A stretch of DNA of 64,000 nt from an uncultured Bacteroidales bacterium (GCA_963815075.1 CAWFFK010000004.1:12589-76588); one strand, 5' to 3'; shown: positions 30,590 to 44,847, numbered from the stretch's first letter. Program-made: numbers and translations. The notes: generated by a model not told the origin, from the sequence alone.

Positions 30590-30748
30590 TTTATAGTTAT
30601 AGTTTTCGTTTAAAACATTTGTTCAATAGAAAATTCAGCTTAATCAATATTGCCGGACTGCCAATTGCGGATTGAAAGTTAAATAACTTTAAAAAAAGAA
30701 TCTCAACAATTATATTGCAAAAATACTTTATGACAAAGAATATTTTTC

Positions 30749-31963
<1,215 letters not shown>

Positions 31964-32033
31964 CTACAAGTTTAAATCAGTCTCGAGAAGAATTCCTTAA
32001 CCTGTTCAGATACCCTGCAAATCAGTTATATAG

Positions 32034-33767
32034 TCATTTGATCGAAAAATAGCATTTGCCATATATATCACGAGTATCCTTGCTGTTTTTCCCGCGGATA
32101 TATACAACATAATCACCTTTGCTGTCTGATGTATAAAATGAAATTGTCGTTTTTTTGTCAGCAGATAACTGAATATCCGGATTCCAGTATAAAAGATTCC
32201 TTCTGTCAGGTATTCTTGAATCATTTGACCTTTTACTGTAATCGTATCCGGTATATCTATCAGAAAATAACTCATAGGTAAAAAACATGCTGTTTTTGTT
32301 CAGATCAAGTCCGGCAAAATTTTTATTTTTGGAATAAACACTAATAATGCCAAAGTATCTCATGCCTGCGACTACATAGTCCAGGTTAATTACTTCAACT
32401 TTTTCAATTCTGTTCAAGGGTATTTTTAAAAGCTGGTCATCATTATTAACATGAACATTGTCCAGAAAGATCAATGGCGGACAATTTGAAAGATCTATTC
32501 TTTCCATGCTTATTAGCGAAGTCTTCCCTTTTCCCTTTATTATGGTCGCTTCAGGAATAATCTCACTGATGAATTCTTCAATGTTAGGCAATTCAATATA
32601 TTTTTCCGTAAAGTAAACTACCTTTTTGCTGCCATAAAAAGCAATCGGTTCTGTTTTTGCACGTTGTGAATCTGATAATGTGTCCTTATTCAACAGAAAC
32701 CTTTCACTAAGTTGCAGATCGATTGCCAGATCTTTAATAAAGTGCATTTCTTCTTCATTCAGTTTGAAGGCAACATAAGGCAATTTAACAGGCTTGTTGC
32801 AATAGCCGTTGTCGATTAGTATTTCTGAAGACAATGAACCGGAGTATTCCGACTGAATAAAGAAATCGTGTGGTCCCTGCATATACGGAAGTGAAAAGAC
32901 GAACCTGCCCTGTTCGTTTGTCTTATAAATTGAAAAGTATTCTCCATGTTTAGGTTCTGAAAGACTAAAATAAATGTCTTTTTGAGGGAGTTTTGTGGAT
33001 TTGTCAATAATTTTGCCTGAAATTGTGATTCCTCTGATTTCCGGTAAATATTCAATGTAAGAGAGGTCACTTTCCTCAGAGGTTGATTCAGGTTTGCATG
33101 AGTGAACCGCTGTATCAATAGCGCCGACTCTTGCAACAGAAATGTAATACCTGTTAATGTCAAAGAACTTTCTGTCGTTTAATTGAAACTCAACTTCTGC
33201 TTTTTCCCTCTGTTTATATTCATTTTTGCTCATAGTGCATCTAACGCCGTTAATCAGAGTCTTTGGTGTCAGGCTTTGCTCTGCTGTCGCTGGAGGAGCT
33301 GATAATTCAGATGGGCCTTCATCTGTTTCGGGTCGGAAGGGATTAACAATTTTAATAAGCAGCCAGGCATAATCACTGGCTGAAAAATTCCGCATCCATT
33401 TCGTATAAGCACGTAAATAATAATTACCTGAAAGTATGTTGCCCGGGATATTTATAACACCTGATGTTCCTGGTCTGGTAAGCTTTAGTTTCATCTGTAC
33501 CAGCTTGTTCCCGTTCCATCTGATAAGTTCAACGTATAACACATTGCTCCATTCCAGAGAGTCAAGTTCGCTTGCACTTGAATATTCGGCTATGAAATAG
33601 ATTTTCTCATTCACGCAATAAATATTTCGATCAGTGAAAAGTCTGATAGTTTCACCAGATACAGCTGAGGTTTTTGAAATTGTAATGCCTGATTGCGCTG
33701 TCTGACAGTAGATGGTATGGTTAATCAGATAGCTAAAAACGTAAATTAAAAAAACTTTCTTCATCAT
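32034..33767 (-). CDS. Secreted hypothetical protein with an MG2-like N-terminus and a TonB-plug-like segment, no beta-barrel
   Basis: LFTDRNIY..EKIYF..GNYYLRAYTKWMRNF; PLIFLDNV..IEKVEVI..GIISVYSK; PDRRNLLYWNP..FYTSD. Confidence 0.6.
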   Translation of the reverse strand: MMKKVFLIYVFSYLINHTIYCQTAQSGITISKTSAVSGETIRLFTDRNIYCVNEKIYFIAEYSSASELDSLEWSNVLYVELIRWNGNKLVQMKLKLTRPGTSGVINIPGNILSGNYYLRAYTKWMRNFSASDYAWLLIKIVNPFRPETDEGPSELSAPPATAEQSLTPKTLINGVRCTMSKNEYKQREKAEVEFQLNDRKFFDINRYYISVARVGAIDTAVHSCKPESTSEESDLSYIEYLPEIRGITISGKIIDKSTKLPQKDIYFSLSEPKHGEYFSIYKTNEQGRFVFSLPYMQGPHDFFIQSEYSGSLSSEILIDNGYCNKPVKLPYVAFKLNEEEMHFIKDLAIDLQLSERFLLNKDTLSDSQRAKTEPIAFYGSKKVVYFTEKYIELPNIEEFISEIIPEATIIKGKGKTSLISMERIDLSNCPPLIFLDNVHVNNDDQLLKIPLNRIEKVEVINLDYVVAGMRYFGIISVYSKNKNFAGLDLNKNSMFFTYELFSDRYTGYDYSKRSNDSRIPDRRNLLYWNPDIQLSADKKTTISFYTSDSKGDYVVYIRGKNSKDTRDIYGKCYFSIK

Positions 33768-33825
33768 TCTTTCATTGTCATTTATTTTAAATTGGCATTT
33801 TAGTTATAAAGTGTTTTAATGCATG

Positions 33826-35079
33826 TTATTCCCAGAAATCGGGTCTTTTAGTAGTCCCTGTACCACTTCTGAGATTCTTCCTGCAATCAATACAAGCATT
33901 TTTCAGGTCAACAAAATAATAACAACCAAACATGCCACAAATTGAATAAATATAAAGCGGAGGTTCAGGAACATTTTTTGATCTTAATATTAAATTCAAT
34001 AGAGCTTTTTCAAGGGCTTCACCTGCAACACTGGCAGATAATGATAATGTAGTGCAAGTTACTCCTTCCCCCTGAACAAATTTGTTAAAAGGATCTTTCA
34101 AAAACAGGCGTTTTTCGGAACAGGAAGAAACCCAGAAAAAGCCCAAAACCTTCTCATCGGGATTGCCGGGATTAGATATATTCGATTTAAACTGGTTAGG
34201 CTGAGTTGTGTAAAGCTGACCTGTTCCTTTCGATTCCATCTCCTTTTGATGCCAATAATCATATGCATCTTTGTTTAATGCAAATTGTTTTACAGTTGCG
34301 CAGTACTTTATTACTAAATCTTTTGAAGTGCTTGATTTAAAATGCAGAGGTATTTTTTTTATAATGTTATGTGACAGGTCAACTGTTGATGATGTGTAAA
34401 AACCATCTGCAATTTTTGTTGCCCAGCAATAATAAAGACTATCCGAAGAATTAAGAGCCAAACTTACTGTTTTTCCGTCATAAATACCGCATATCTTATA
34501 TCCGGCATGCACCTCCGATGTTTCTTCTATTTGCCACTTATAGAACTTAGGTGCATCATCAGGAACATTCAGATCTGCATAAAACTGAAGACCCTGAATA
34601 TCTTTGCTGGAATTGGGATCTAAATGAAATTCTTCAATGGTATAAATACTATCAACAGGTGCAGTTTTAAGAAGTGTCTGATAATCCGATTCGTAGTTTT
34701 CTCCGGAAGGTGTGCTGAATAACAGTTTGTATTGGTTATTATAGCTCAGGAGTGCATCATCGATAGTTGCCACATATTTCCCTTGTGATACTTCAGAAAA
34801 AACGAACTCATTTCCGAAATCATCCACAACTTTGACCTGGCAATTTATTACTGGTATGCTGGCAGGATTTGAGATGGATGAAGCTCTGGATATTTTTATC
34901 TCCTGCTTTTCAAGGCCTTTAATAATGCTTCCTTCAACAACCAGCATATTACCCTCTCCCTTGTAATTTGGCTCAAACGGGCTGATGCAACTAATTGCAA
35001 ACAAGGTAAAGCTCACAATGAATATGACTAAATGATTACTTTTTAATGCAATTACTTTTTTCATATTGATTCTTTTCAT
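33826..35079 (-). CDS. DUF4249-like lipoprotein
   Basis: Lipobox AISC, LVVEG.I, VKQFALNKDAYDYW, SNI...EKVLGFF, C-terminal CIDCR..GTTKRPDFW. Confidence 0.8.
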   Translation of the reverse strand: MKRINMKKVIALKSNHLVIFIVSFTLFAISCISPFEPNYKGEGNMLVVEGSIIKGLEKQEIKISRASSISNPASIPVINCQVKVVDDFGNEFVFSEVSQGKYVATIDDALLSYNNQYKLLFSTPSGENYESDYQTLLKTAPVDSIYTIEEFHLDPNSSKDIQGLQFYADLNVPDDAPKFYKWQIEETSEVHAGYKICGIYDGKTVSLALNSSDSLYYCWATKIADGFYTSSTVDLSHNIIKKIPLHFKSSTSKDLVIKYCATVKQFALNKDAYDYWHQKEMESKGTGQLYTTQPNQFKSNISNPGNPDEKVLGFFWVSSCSEKRLFLKDPFNKFVQGEGVTCTTLSLSASVAGEALEKALLNLILRSKNVPEPPLYIYSICGMFGCYYFVDLKNACIDCRKNLRSGTGTTKRPDFWE

Positions 35080-35097
35080 TATTTGAAACCGGTTGTT

Positions 35098-37875
35098 TTA
35101 ATCATTCAGATAATTTCCGAATTTGTAGTTCCATGAAAGCGTAAATATCGGAACGCCGAAAATAGAGAGTTGATGCCCGTGAACCTTACCGTTTGCGGAG
35201 TCAAAATAAACTGAATACGCATTTCTGCGTCCCAGGGCATTATATAAATTGAGCGACCAACTACTATGAATAGGCTTCTTCCTTATAAGGTTCCCTTCAA
35301 GGTTAATAGACAGGTCCAACCTGGCATAATCAGGTATACGGTATTCATTTCTTTTTGAATAATTCAGCACCTCCTGGCCTTCCGAATAATAAATCGATAG
35401 CGGAACAGTAATTGGGCGGCCCGATGTATACACAAAATTTGCCGAAGTACTTAAACGATGTGTTGTTCTGTAATTCAGTACCAGATTAAAACTATGCGGC
35501 CGGTCATAATTGGAAGGATATTCCAAACCGTAATTTATCTGATTCTCAGGAAGGCCGCCATCAGTCTTAATAAGGGACCTCGAATAGCAATATGATACCC
35601 AACCTGTGGTCTTTCCGCTATTTTTACGTATCATAAACTCTATTCCGTTTACGTGTTGTTTTCCTTGTAGTACCTCAGTTTCTATGGGATAAGATGAAGT
35701 AAAATCCGTACCATCTTTATACTCAACCTCATTGTTGATCCATTTATGATACAATTCTAAAGAAGCTTCAATGCTGCTGTTCTTTAGATCCCGAAAAAGA
35801 CCTACTGAAATCTGATCCGCAACTGGTGGTTTGATGTGGTAATCACATAATTTCCATTTATCATCAGGAGAAATGGCAATGGTATTTCTCAACATGAAAA
35901 CATACTGGTACAATCTGTTGTATGAAGCTTTTAGTGAGCTATAATTGCCCAGTTTATAATTCAGGGCAAATCTGTATTCCGGACCGGAATAAGATTTAAT
36001 CAGATCTCCTTTATGGAATATCTTAGTTCCTGTTATGTTATCAATGGTTCTGTTATTTTCCGAATTATATAAGTTAATTGTAGCAGGACCATATAAACTA
36101 AAGAAACTATATCTTAGCCCTCCTGAAACGGTCAGGTTACTGAACAAAGCAAACTCATCGGAAATATAGAGTGCCCCCTCAAGCCCTCTTTCTTTTCCAA
36201 GGTAGACAGTCGCCCTGTTTGATATTTCGCCGTACGGGGAAATATCGCCACGATCCAGATCATAATAAATTTCACTGGCTCCGAATTCAATTTTGTGATC
36301 AGATTTACTTAAGACAGAAAAGTCTGCCCTGGTTTCATAGTGATCTATCCTGTACTTTTGCATGTATGCAGTAGACAGGTTGGATTTATCGACATTTTCA
36401 AATGAGTAACTGCTATTAATAACCGCCACATAAACCGATAATACTGAAGAAAATATGTGTTTCCAGGCTAATGAAGCTCCTCTGTTCGAATAATTATAAT
36501 CATTTAACGATGACAGAGTGAACTTGTCTCTGCTCATATATATAAATGACTTTAACAGGTTTTTATCATTAATTTCGGCATTTACAGAAAAGGAACCATC
36601 ATAAAAAAACGCACTGCTATTCTTTATATCCTCGTTCTGTATTTGTTTAAGTATCCAGTCTGAATAGGAACTCCGGAAACTGGTAACTATTGATACTTTA
36701 TCCTTTATTACCGGGATTTCAAGTGAAGCATGTGCAGTTATCGGACTTATCCCCCCCTGTCCATAAATCTTCCTCTTATTTCCCTGTCGGGTTGTTATAT
36801 CAAATACCGAAGACAGCCTTCCACCAAACCTGGCAGGAATATTACTTTTATATAAGGTGAAATCATTAATGATATCAGGATTGAAGGAGGTAAAGAATCC
36901 TAATAAATGGGATGTATTGTAAACAGGGATCTTATTGATATAAAACATATTCTGATCTTCTGCACTGCCTCTAACATTGAACCCTGAAGAACCTTCACCC
37001 ACATTTAGCACCCCTGGTAACATTTGTGCCACTTTAAGAACATCCTTTTCTCCGAAAGCAACCGGAATTTCTTTTATTGATTTCACTGAAATCCTTTCAA
37101 AACCCATTTGCATTCCTTTTACACGATCCAAACGATTGGCGGTAACCTTAACCTCATCCAAAGCAATGAGCTCTTTTTTCATTTGAATGGTAATAGAGCC
37201 ACTTGAATATACCTGAAGATAATAATCCTGCTGTTTCATTGACATGTAATGGAAATTGGCCTTATATTTCCCAGGTTTCAGTGCCAGCTTAAACCCGCCT
37301 TCAAGATCGGTAACTGCACCGCTTTTAAGTTCTTCAATATAAACTGTTGCACCTATAAGAGGCTCTGAATCTGAAAAATCAACAATCCTTCCGGTAATAA
37401 TACATTTTGCAGAGCCAGTAGTCTTTTGCTTGTCGCCAATTTCCAATACTTCGATAGGTGAAATCATCTTGCCTGCCTGATACCTCTTTTCAGAATCGGT
37501 AATATTTTTCGAATCTTCAGAATCATTATTCTCAACTTCGGATATCCTGTAAGCCGGCAATTCTGTTGTAATTTGCATACCCTGGTAAACGTAAATGCTG
37601 TTATCTTCAATGAATAGTTGGAGCCCAGTCTGTTTTAACTGTTCATTGAGCATTTGCGCAAGGTCAACATCAGTACCCGAAAAGGTAATTCTCACATCTT
37701 TTATCCAATCCTGAAGATAATAAAATCTCAGGGGAGTTTTTGTTTCAATTTCACTAACAAAATCTTCAAAAGGAATATTGTTATAATTGCCAGTTACAAG
37801 CCTATGATCAGACTGCTGTGCTGTTGCTATAAAATAAAGACTAAGGGCCAAACAGGTGATAATGATCTTTTTCAT
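35098..37875 (-). CDS. TonB-dependent receptor (non-SusC type)
   Basis: CarboxypepD_reg-like domain, IPVAFGEKDVLK..LPGV, FNVRG..DQN, HLLGFF..FN, YDRPH, RIPDYARLDLS; start taken at ATG 37875. Confidence 0.9.
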   Translation of the reverse strand: MKKIIITCLALSLYFIATAQQSDHRLVTGNYNNIPFEDFVSEIETKTPLRFYYLQDWIKDVRITFSGTDVDLAQMLNEQLKQTGLQLFIEDNSIYVYQGMQITTELPAYRISEVENNDSEDSKNITDSEKRYQAGKMISPIEVLEIGDKQKTTGSAKCIITGRIVDFSDSEPLIGATVYIEELKSGAVTDLEGGFKLALKPGKYKANFHYMSMKQQDYYLQVYSSGSITIQMKKELIALDEVKVTANRLDRVKGMQMGFERISVKSIKEIPVAFGEKDVLKVAQMLPGVLNVGEGSSGFNVRGSAEDQNMFYINKIPVYNTSHLLGFFTSFNPDIINDFTLYKSNIPARFGGRLSSVFDITTRQGNKRKIYGQGGISPITAHASLEIPVIKDKVSIVTSFRSSYSDWILKQIQNEDIKNSSAFFYDGSFSVNAEINDKNLLKSFIYMSRDKFTLSSLNDYNYSNRGASLAWKHIFSSVLSVYVAVINSSYSFENVDKSNLSTAYMQKYRIDHYETRADFSVLSKSDHKIEFGASEIYYDLDRGDISPYGEISNRATVYLGKERGLEGALYISDEFALFSNLTVSGGLRYSFFSLYGPATINLYNSENNRTIDNITGTKIFHKGDLIKSYSGPEYRFALNYKLGNYSSLKASYNRLYQYVFMLRNTIAISPDDKWKLCDYHIKPPVADQISVGLFRDLKNSSIEASLELYHKWINNEVEYKDGTDFTSSYPIETEVLQGKQHVNGIEFMIRKNSGKTTGWVSYCYSRSLIKTDGGLPENQINYGLEYPSNYDRPHSFNLVLNYRTTHRLSTSANFVYTSGRPITVPLSIYYSEGQEVLNYSKRNEYRIPDYARLDLSINLEGNLIRKKPIHSSWSLNLYNALGRRNAYSVYFDSANGKVHGHQLSIFGVPIFTLSWNYKFGNYLND

Positions 37876-37912
37876 TTGATAAACTATGCAACTAACGGAT
37901 AATTTTAATGGT

Positions 37913-38632
37913 TTATAATAAAGCATTACAATAGGTTAATAATTTTTTTATTTTTTCATCACCGTTTTTGGCAACATTTATATGGTTGTTTCTAATGTAT
38001 TCCTTTACCCGGGCCTTTATCTTATTCGGAAATAATTCAGTGAAGGATCTGTTATTTTTGTATTTTTTTAATGATCCATCCAATATCAGGTAATTTTCTT
38101 TCTCACTTTCGGTAAATTCATTGAAGCCCAAAAAATTTATTCTGTTGGAATCAGATTTTTTTTTGAACCAGTAATACAAGCATTTCACTTTTTCAGTATC
38201 AAAGACAAGCTGGTAAAATCTTGGTTCTCCCAGGAAATTAAATTTCGAGAAAAATTTATCACCAAGACTGAAGGCTGAAATAAAATCATTAAGAGGAACA
38301 ATCTGCTCTATTGAATTATAATTTTTAATACTAAGTACTAACTGTTGATCGTATATATCGTACTTCATTTCAACACCTTTGTATACGTCACCTCTATATA
38401 CAAGCGTGCCATTATAAAATTGGTCCTGTAATAGAAATTGGTGACCAATCTTTCTCCAGTATTTATCTTCATAAAGAAAGCCGTTATCCAAAACCTGATC
38501 AAATCCATATTCATCAATAAAGGATTTGTATAACTTTTTATAATCAGTTCTGGCATCACGAGATTGCTCCTGAGCAAAGAGAGAGAGAGAGCTAAACAGA
38601 ACAAACAGTGAAAAAACCAAAAGATATTTCAT
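37913..38632 (-). CDS. Secreted hypothetical protein, first gene of the TBDR cassette
   Basis: Signal peptide from ATG 38632; GHQF..G..Y.G..Y..V.MKYDIY.QQLV motif. Confidence 0.65.
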   Translation of the reverse strand: MKYLLVFSLFVLFSSLSLFAQEQSRDARTDYKKLYKSFIDEYGFDQVLDNGFLYEDKYWRKIGHQFLLQDQFYNGTLVYRGDVYKGVEMKYDIYDQQLVLSIKNYNSIEQIVPLNDFISAFSLGDKFFSKFNFLGEPRFYQLVFDTEKVKCLYYWFKKKSDSNRINFLGFNEFTESEKENYLILDGSLKKYKNNRSFTELFPNKIKARVKEYIRNNHINVAKNGDEKIKKLLTYCNALL

Positions 38633-38725
38633 GAGATTCCAATCACGATTTTTTAAAAATAGAGTAAATATTACTGTTATTTTATATAATTCTGTTGAAT
38701 TTTGAGAATCTGGGAGTAAAATCAT

Positions 38726-41323
38726 TTATGGCTGAATAGTAATCATTGCCATTTTCAGGTCCCTGGTATCCGAACTGTTCCCATACCATATTTCATAATC
38801 TCCGGGAGTGACAGCCATTTTTCCACTCGTCCGGTCGAAGAACTCGAATGAAGCTGAAGGCAGGTTAATAACTGCCTGACCTGATTTTCCGGCAGCCAGT
38901 TCAATCCTCCTGAATCCCTTCAATGTTTTAAGAGGTCCATCTGTATCATTAACTTTGTGCACATAAACCTGAATGATTTCTGTTCCCGTCCTTTTCCCTG
39001 TATTTGATACAGGAATAGTAACTTCAACATTTCCGTCCTTGCTGATCTTATTTCCCGAGATTTCGGCATTCCCGATTGAGAAAGTTGTATAGCTCAGTCC
39101 AAAACCAAATGGGAAGAGCGGATCAGACATATAACGATAAGTCCGTCCTTTCATCGAGTAATTTTCGAAATCGGGCAATTGCTGTGAGTTCCTGTAAAAA
39201 GTGACTGGTAATTTACCCGATGGGTTAAAATCGCCAAAGAGTACATCGGCCACAGCCTGACCACCAGATTCTCCTCCATACCAGGCCTGCAGAATAGCAT
39301 CGCAGCTTTCGGTTTCGGGTAATAATGCAATGGCAGAGCCGGAACAGTTAACGAAAATTACCTTCTTGCCTGCTTGTTTCAAAGCTTTTAAGCAATTACG
39401 CTGAACCAAAGGAAGTTCTATATCCGTTCGGTCGCCACCCTTGAAACCGGGGTATGATACGGGCATTTCTTCTCCCTCGAGCTGTGTCGAAAGTCCGCCA
39501 ACAAATACTACAACATCAGTTCCCTGAAGTTTCTTTAAAAGGCCGGCATAATCTACATCTATTTCTTTACCGAAATTAAACTCGAGGTTTGCCTGCCAAT
39601 CGTTCAACTGGGCATAGCGGATTTCAATTTTATATTTCTTACCGCTTTCTACCCTGAATGGTTGTCGTGAAGGAAGTGTCCTCCAATTATCATACTTTTT
39701 AACAGATTCTCCATTTACCAATAATTCAAAGTGTCCGGTAGCTCCACATTTGAATACAATTTCTTCATTTTGAGATGCCTCGAACTCAGTTTCATATTTG
39801 GCCGAAAAACCTTCCAGCCGAACCCCCGGCGCAAATTCGTGCTGCCCGGCTACGGTTAATTTTATCGGGTCAGCAATCTGTTGTGTAGCAACAATATTGC
39901 CCTTAAAGTCAATATTATTCCAGTAAGTGGCTTTAAACCCTTTTTTACCGTCAATCGAACATTTCGGAAAATAGCTTTCGATTGCTTTATCTTCAACCAG
40001 ATCGCATCCTTTGTCATATATAATCCTGTCAGCCGAAAGTTTAGAAGTAATACCGTCGAGAATAGTTATTGTCCTTACCGGTGTTCCATTATAATTTCCC
40101 CATAACATCGGTTTATCATTGGCATTTGGGCCAATTACAGCTATTTTCCTGTTTGATTTCTTTAAGGGAAGTATATTGTTTTTATTCTGAAGAAGTGTCA
40201 TTGATTCAAGGGCCATATCCAAAGCCAGTTTTCTATGTTCATCATTATTTACAACCGACACAGGAATTTTAGCCCAGGGCACCAGTGCATCATCATCCAT
40301 CTCGCCCAGGTCGAAACGGCCAACCAAAACCCTCAACAAATGCTTGTTTATTTCTTCTTCTGTAATCAAACCTTTTGCAACAGCATCGGGCAGTTTCTTA
40401 AAAGCGTGGCCAATCCATTGGCACTCAACATCAGTTCCTGCCAAAACGGCTTTGGATGCAGCATGGACTGCATCAGATGATACCTTATGGCTGGTATAAA
40501 AATCAGCTATAGCTCCGCAATCGGAAACGACCAGGTACTTAAAGCCCCATTCATCCCTTAAGATCTTCTGGAGCAATCGTGAATTTCCACAGCATGGCTC
40601 ATCATCCAGACGCTGATAGGCGCACATCACCTCGCGGACATCGGCTTCCTGAACCAATGCCTTAAATGCGGGAAGATAGGTTTCCCATAAATCGCGGGGG
40701 TCAATGTTGTTGAGGTTTAGTTCATGACGGCTCCATTCCGGTCCTGAGTGCACAGCATAATGCTTGGCACAAGCCAGCAACTTTTTATATTTTGAATCGG
40801 ATGGTCCCTGCAATCCTTTTACCACAGAGATTCCCATCCGTGACATCAAATACGGATCTTCACCGTATGTTTCCTGACCTCTTCCCCAGCGTGGATCGCG
40901 GAAAATGTTAATGTTGGGAGTCCAGACCGAAAGACTAAGGAACCGTTTGTTTTCTTGTCCTTTTTGTTTTGCCTCGTTGTACCTGGCGCGTGTTTCGTCA
41001 GAAGTGGCATTAAATATACGATATACCAATTGGTCATCAAATGATGCTGCCATACCAACAGGTTCCGGAAAAACAGTAACATTACCATTATTGGCGAGAC
41101 CATGCAATGCCTCGCTCCACCAGTTGAATTCTTTTATGCCCAGGCGTGGTATTGCATCAGATATGTCGCACATCAGGGCTGCTTTTTCACTTAATGTTAA
41201 ACGGGCTATCAGATCATGGGCCCGTTCTTCAGAACTTAAACCTGGATTTTGATATGGGAATTGCTGTCCCAAAAGGTCTAATGTCAGAATTATCCCAAGA
41301 GTAATAAATAAGACTTTTTTCAT
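38726..41323 (-). CDS. GH3 beta-xylosidase/glucosidase with PA14 insertion and Fn3-like domain
   Basis: WWSEALHG, RDPRWGRGQETYGEDP, KHYAVHSGPE, VVSDCGA (nucleophile), LEGEEM, GGDRT; start taken at ATG 41323. Confidence 0.93.
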   Translation of the reverse strand: MKKVLFITLGIILTLDLLGQQFPYQNPGLSSEERAHDLIARLTLSEKAALMCDISDAIPRLGIKEFNWWSEALHGLANNGNVTVFPEPVGMAASFDDQLVYRIFNATSDETRARYNEAKQKGQENKRFLSLSVWTPNINIFRDPRWGRGQETYGEDPYLMSRMGISVVKGLQGPSDSKYKKLLACAKHYAVHSGPEWSRHELNLNNIDPRDLWETYLPAFKALVQEADVREVMCAYQRLDDEPCCGNSRLLQKILRDEWGFKYLVVSDCGAIADFYTSHKVSSDAVHAASKAVLAGTDVECQWIGHAFKKLPDAVAKGLITEEEINKHLLRVLVGRFDLGEMDDDALVPWAKIPVSVVNNDEHRKLALDMALESMTLLQNKNNILPLKKSNRKIAVIGPNANDKPMLWGNYNGTPVRTITILDGITSKLSADRIIYDKGCDLVEDKAIESYFPKCSIDGKKGFKATYWNNIDFKGNIVATQQIADPIKLTVAGQHEFAPGVRLEGFSAKYETEFEASQNEEIVFKCGATGHFELLVNGESVKKYDNWRTLPSRQPFRVESGKKYKIEIRYAQLNDWQANLEFNFGKEIDVDYAGLLKKLQGTDVVVFVGGLSTQLEGEEMPVSYPGFKGGDRTDIELPLVQRNCLKALKQAGKKVIFVNCSGSAIALLPETESCDAILQAWYGGESGGQAVADVLFGDFNPSGKLPVTFYRNSQQLPDFENYSMKGRTYRYMSDPLFPFGFGLSYTTFSIGNAEISGNKISKDGNVEVTIPVSNTGKRTGTEIIQVYVHKVNDTDGPLKTLKGFRRIELAAGKSGQAVINLPSASFEFFDRTSGKMAVTPGDYEIWYGNSSDTRDLKMAMITIQP

Positions 41324-41367
41324 AAGAATTTTATTAATACATCCAATCCCGGACGTTAATTTTAAAC

Positions 41368-42870
41368 TCATTTAACCGGTATCTCAAACTGTGTAAAAGA
41401 ATGTGCCGGAAAACTATAACTAATTGTGTTCCCCTTAAATTTAACCTCTTTTGAAGCTATACTTACAGCCTCTTCATTCCTGGTAGTTCTGTTTGTCAAT
41501 GACTTTCCGTTTAACTCGTTAGCTTTTGCAACCCCGGTAAAATTACCCGACTGCAATACAATATCTGCAGGCATAGCATTTGTCTCATTCCTGTTGACCA
41601 CATTTACCACCAGCATCTTAGCTGATTCATTTAATACCGCAGTTACGTCAAGATAAGGAATATCATTAAATATCTTGTTATTATACTTTTCGCAGTTTGT
41701 ATAAATATCGAGCGAGGTACCATGGCAATTATTTGAATATAAGTAGAATGCCTTGAATAATGCGTTCCTGAAATCACCTTCAGGTGATCTGCCTACGAGG
41801 CTTGACAGCATGGTAATATTTGCCATCTTCACGATATCGGCATGCCGTATAAATGAGTTCAGATGTTGGGCTAGCACTAATGATCCTGTAAGGTTATCGC
41901 CTCCGCCTGAATATTCATCAAATGAAATATATACTGGTCTCTTTGATCCTGTCTTTAGCATTGCCTTCTCAATCAGGGCTTTTACCATGTCAATCTTTTT
42001 ATCAACATCAATACCCAGCGACATCACAGCAGGGAAACTCCTGTCGCCTGCCAACACCTCTGCTGCGTATCTGTGAACAGAAAGATAATCGATCTTACCT
42101 GCCATATGTTGCAGTACATAATCATTCCAGTCGATCCAGCTATTATCTGCGGTATAATTTGAAGCGCCTGAAGCAATAAATTTAATATTTTTATCCATCA
42201 GTTGCATCAATTTGGCTGCCTCCAAAGCAAACTTGCAATAGTCTTCAGCATTTTTCTGACCCAGCTGCCATGGCCCGTCAATCTCATTTCCAAGTGCCCA
42301 GTACCTAATATTATAAGGCTTTTCATTACCATACTTCCTCCTTAGGTCTGAATAGTAGGTTCCATTTCCATAGTTACAATATTCTACCCAATGCCTTGCC
42401 TGATCAAGAGTGCCTGTTCCGCCATTTATACAAACAAAATTTTTAGCACCGATAAGTCTGCAAAACTTTACATATTCATCAGTTCCCATCTGGTTCCTGT
42501 CCACCTGATTCCAGGCAAGGTCGAACCTTACGGGACGTTGAGCTTCTGGTCCGATTCCGTCTTCCCAGTTATAGCCCGACACATAATTTCCTCCCGGCCA
42601 TCTGAGTACAGGTATTTTCAGTTCCCTGATTAGCTGGATGAAATCTTTCCTGAATCCGTTCTCATCAGCTAAAGCAGAGGCAGGATCATAAATAGTCCCA
42701 TATACCACAGTACGTATTGGTTCAATAAAAGCTCCGTAAATGTTCGAATCAATTACGCTTATTTTGCGGTCAAAATCAATTTTAATCACAGCCGGTTCCT
42801 GCGACAGAAGATTCCCGGATACCAATCCGAATAAGATAATGCAACAGGCTAAATTTCTCAGGGTTTTCAT
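41368..42870 (-). CDS. GH51 alpha-L-arabinofuranosidase-like enzyme
   Basis: IYGAFIE, LRWPGGN, YNWEDGIGP, WALGNEIDGPWQ, ISFDE. Confidence 0.9.
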   Translation of the reverse strand: MKTLRNLACCIILFGLVSGNLLSQEPAVIKIDFDRKISVIDSNIYGAFIEPIRTVVYGTIYDPASALADENGFRKDFIQLIRELKIPVLRWPGGNYVSGYNWEDGIGPEAQRPVRFDLAWNQVDRNQMGTDEYVKFCRLIGAKNFVCINGGTGTLDQARHWVEYCNYGNGTYYSDLRRKYGNEKPYNIRYWALGNEIDGPWQLGQKNAEDYCKFALEAAKLMQLMDKNIKFIASGASNYTADNSWIDWNDYVLQHMAGKIDYLSVHRYAAEVLAGDRSFPAVMSLGIDVDKKIDMVKALIEKAMLKTGSKRPVYISFDEYSGGGDNLTGSLVLAQHLNSFIRHADIVKMANITMLSSLVGRSPEGDFRNALFKAFYLYSNNCHGTSLDIYTNCEKYNNKIFNDIPYLDVTAVLNESAKMLVVNVVNRNETNAMPADIVLQSGNFTGVAKANELNGKSLTNRTTRNEEAVSIASKEVKFKGNTISYSFPAHSFTQFEIPVK

Positions 42871-42891
42871 AGTTAATACTTTAAAATTTTA

Positions 42892-44847
<1,956 letters not shown>

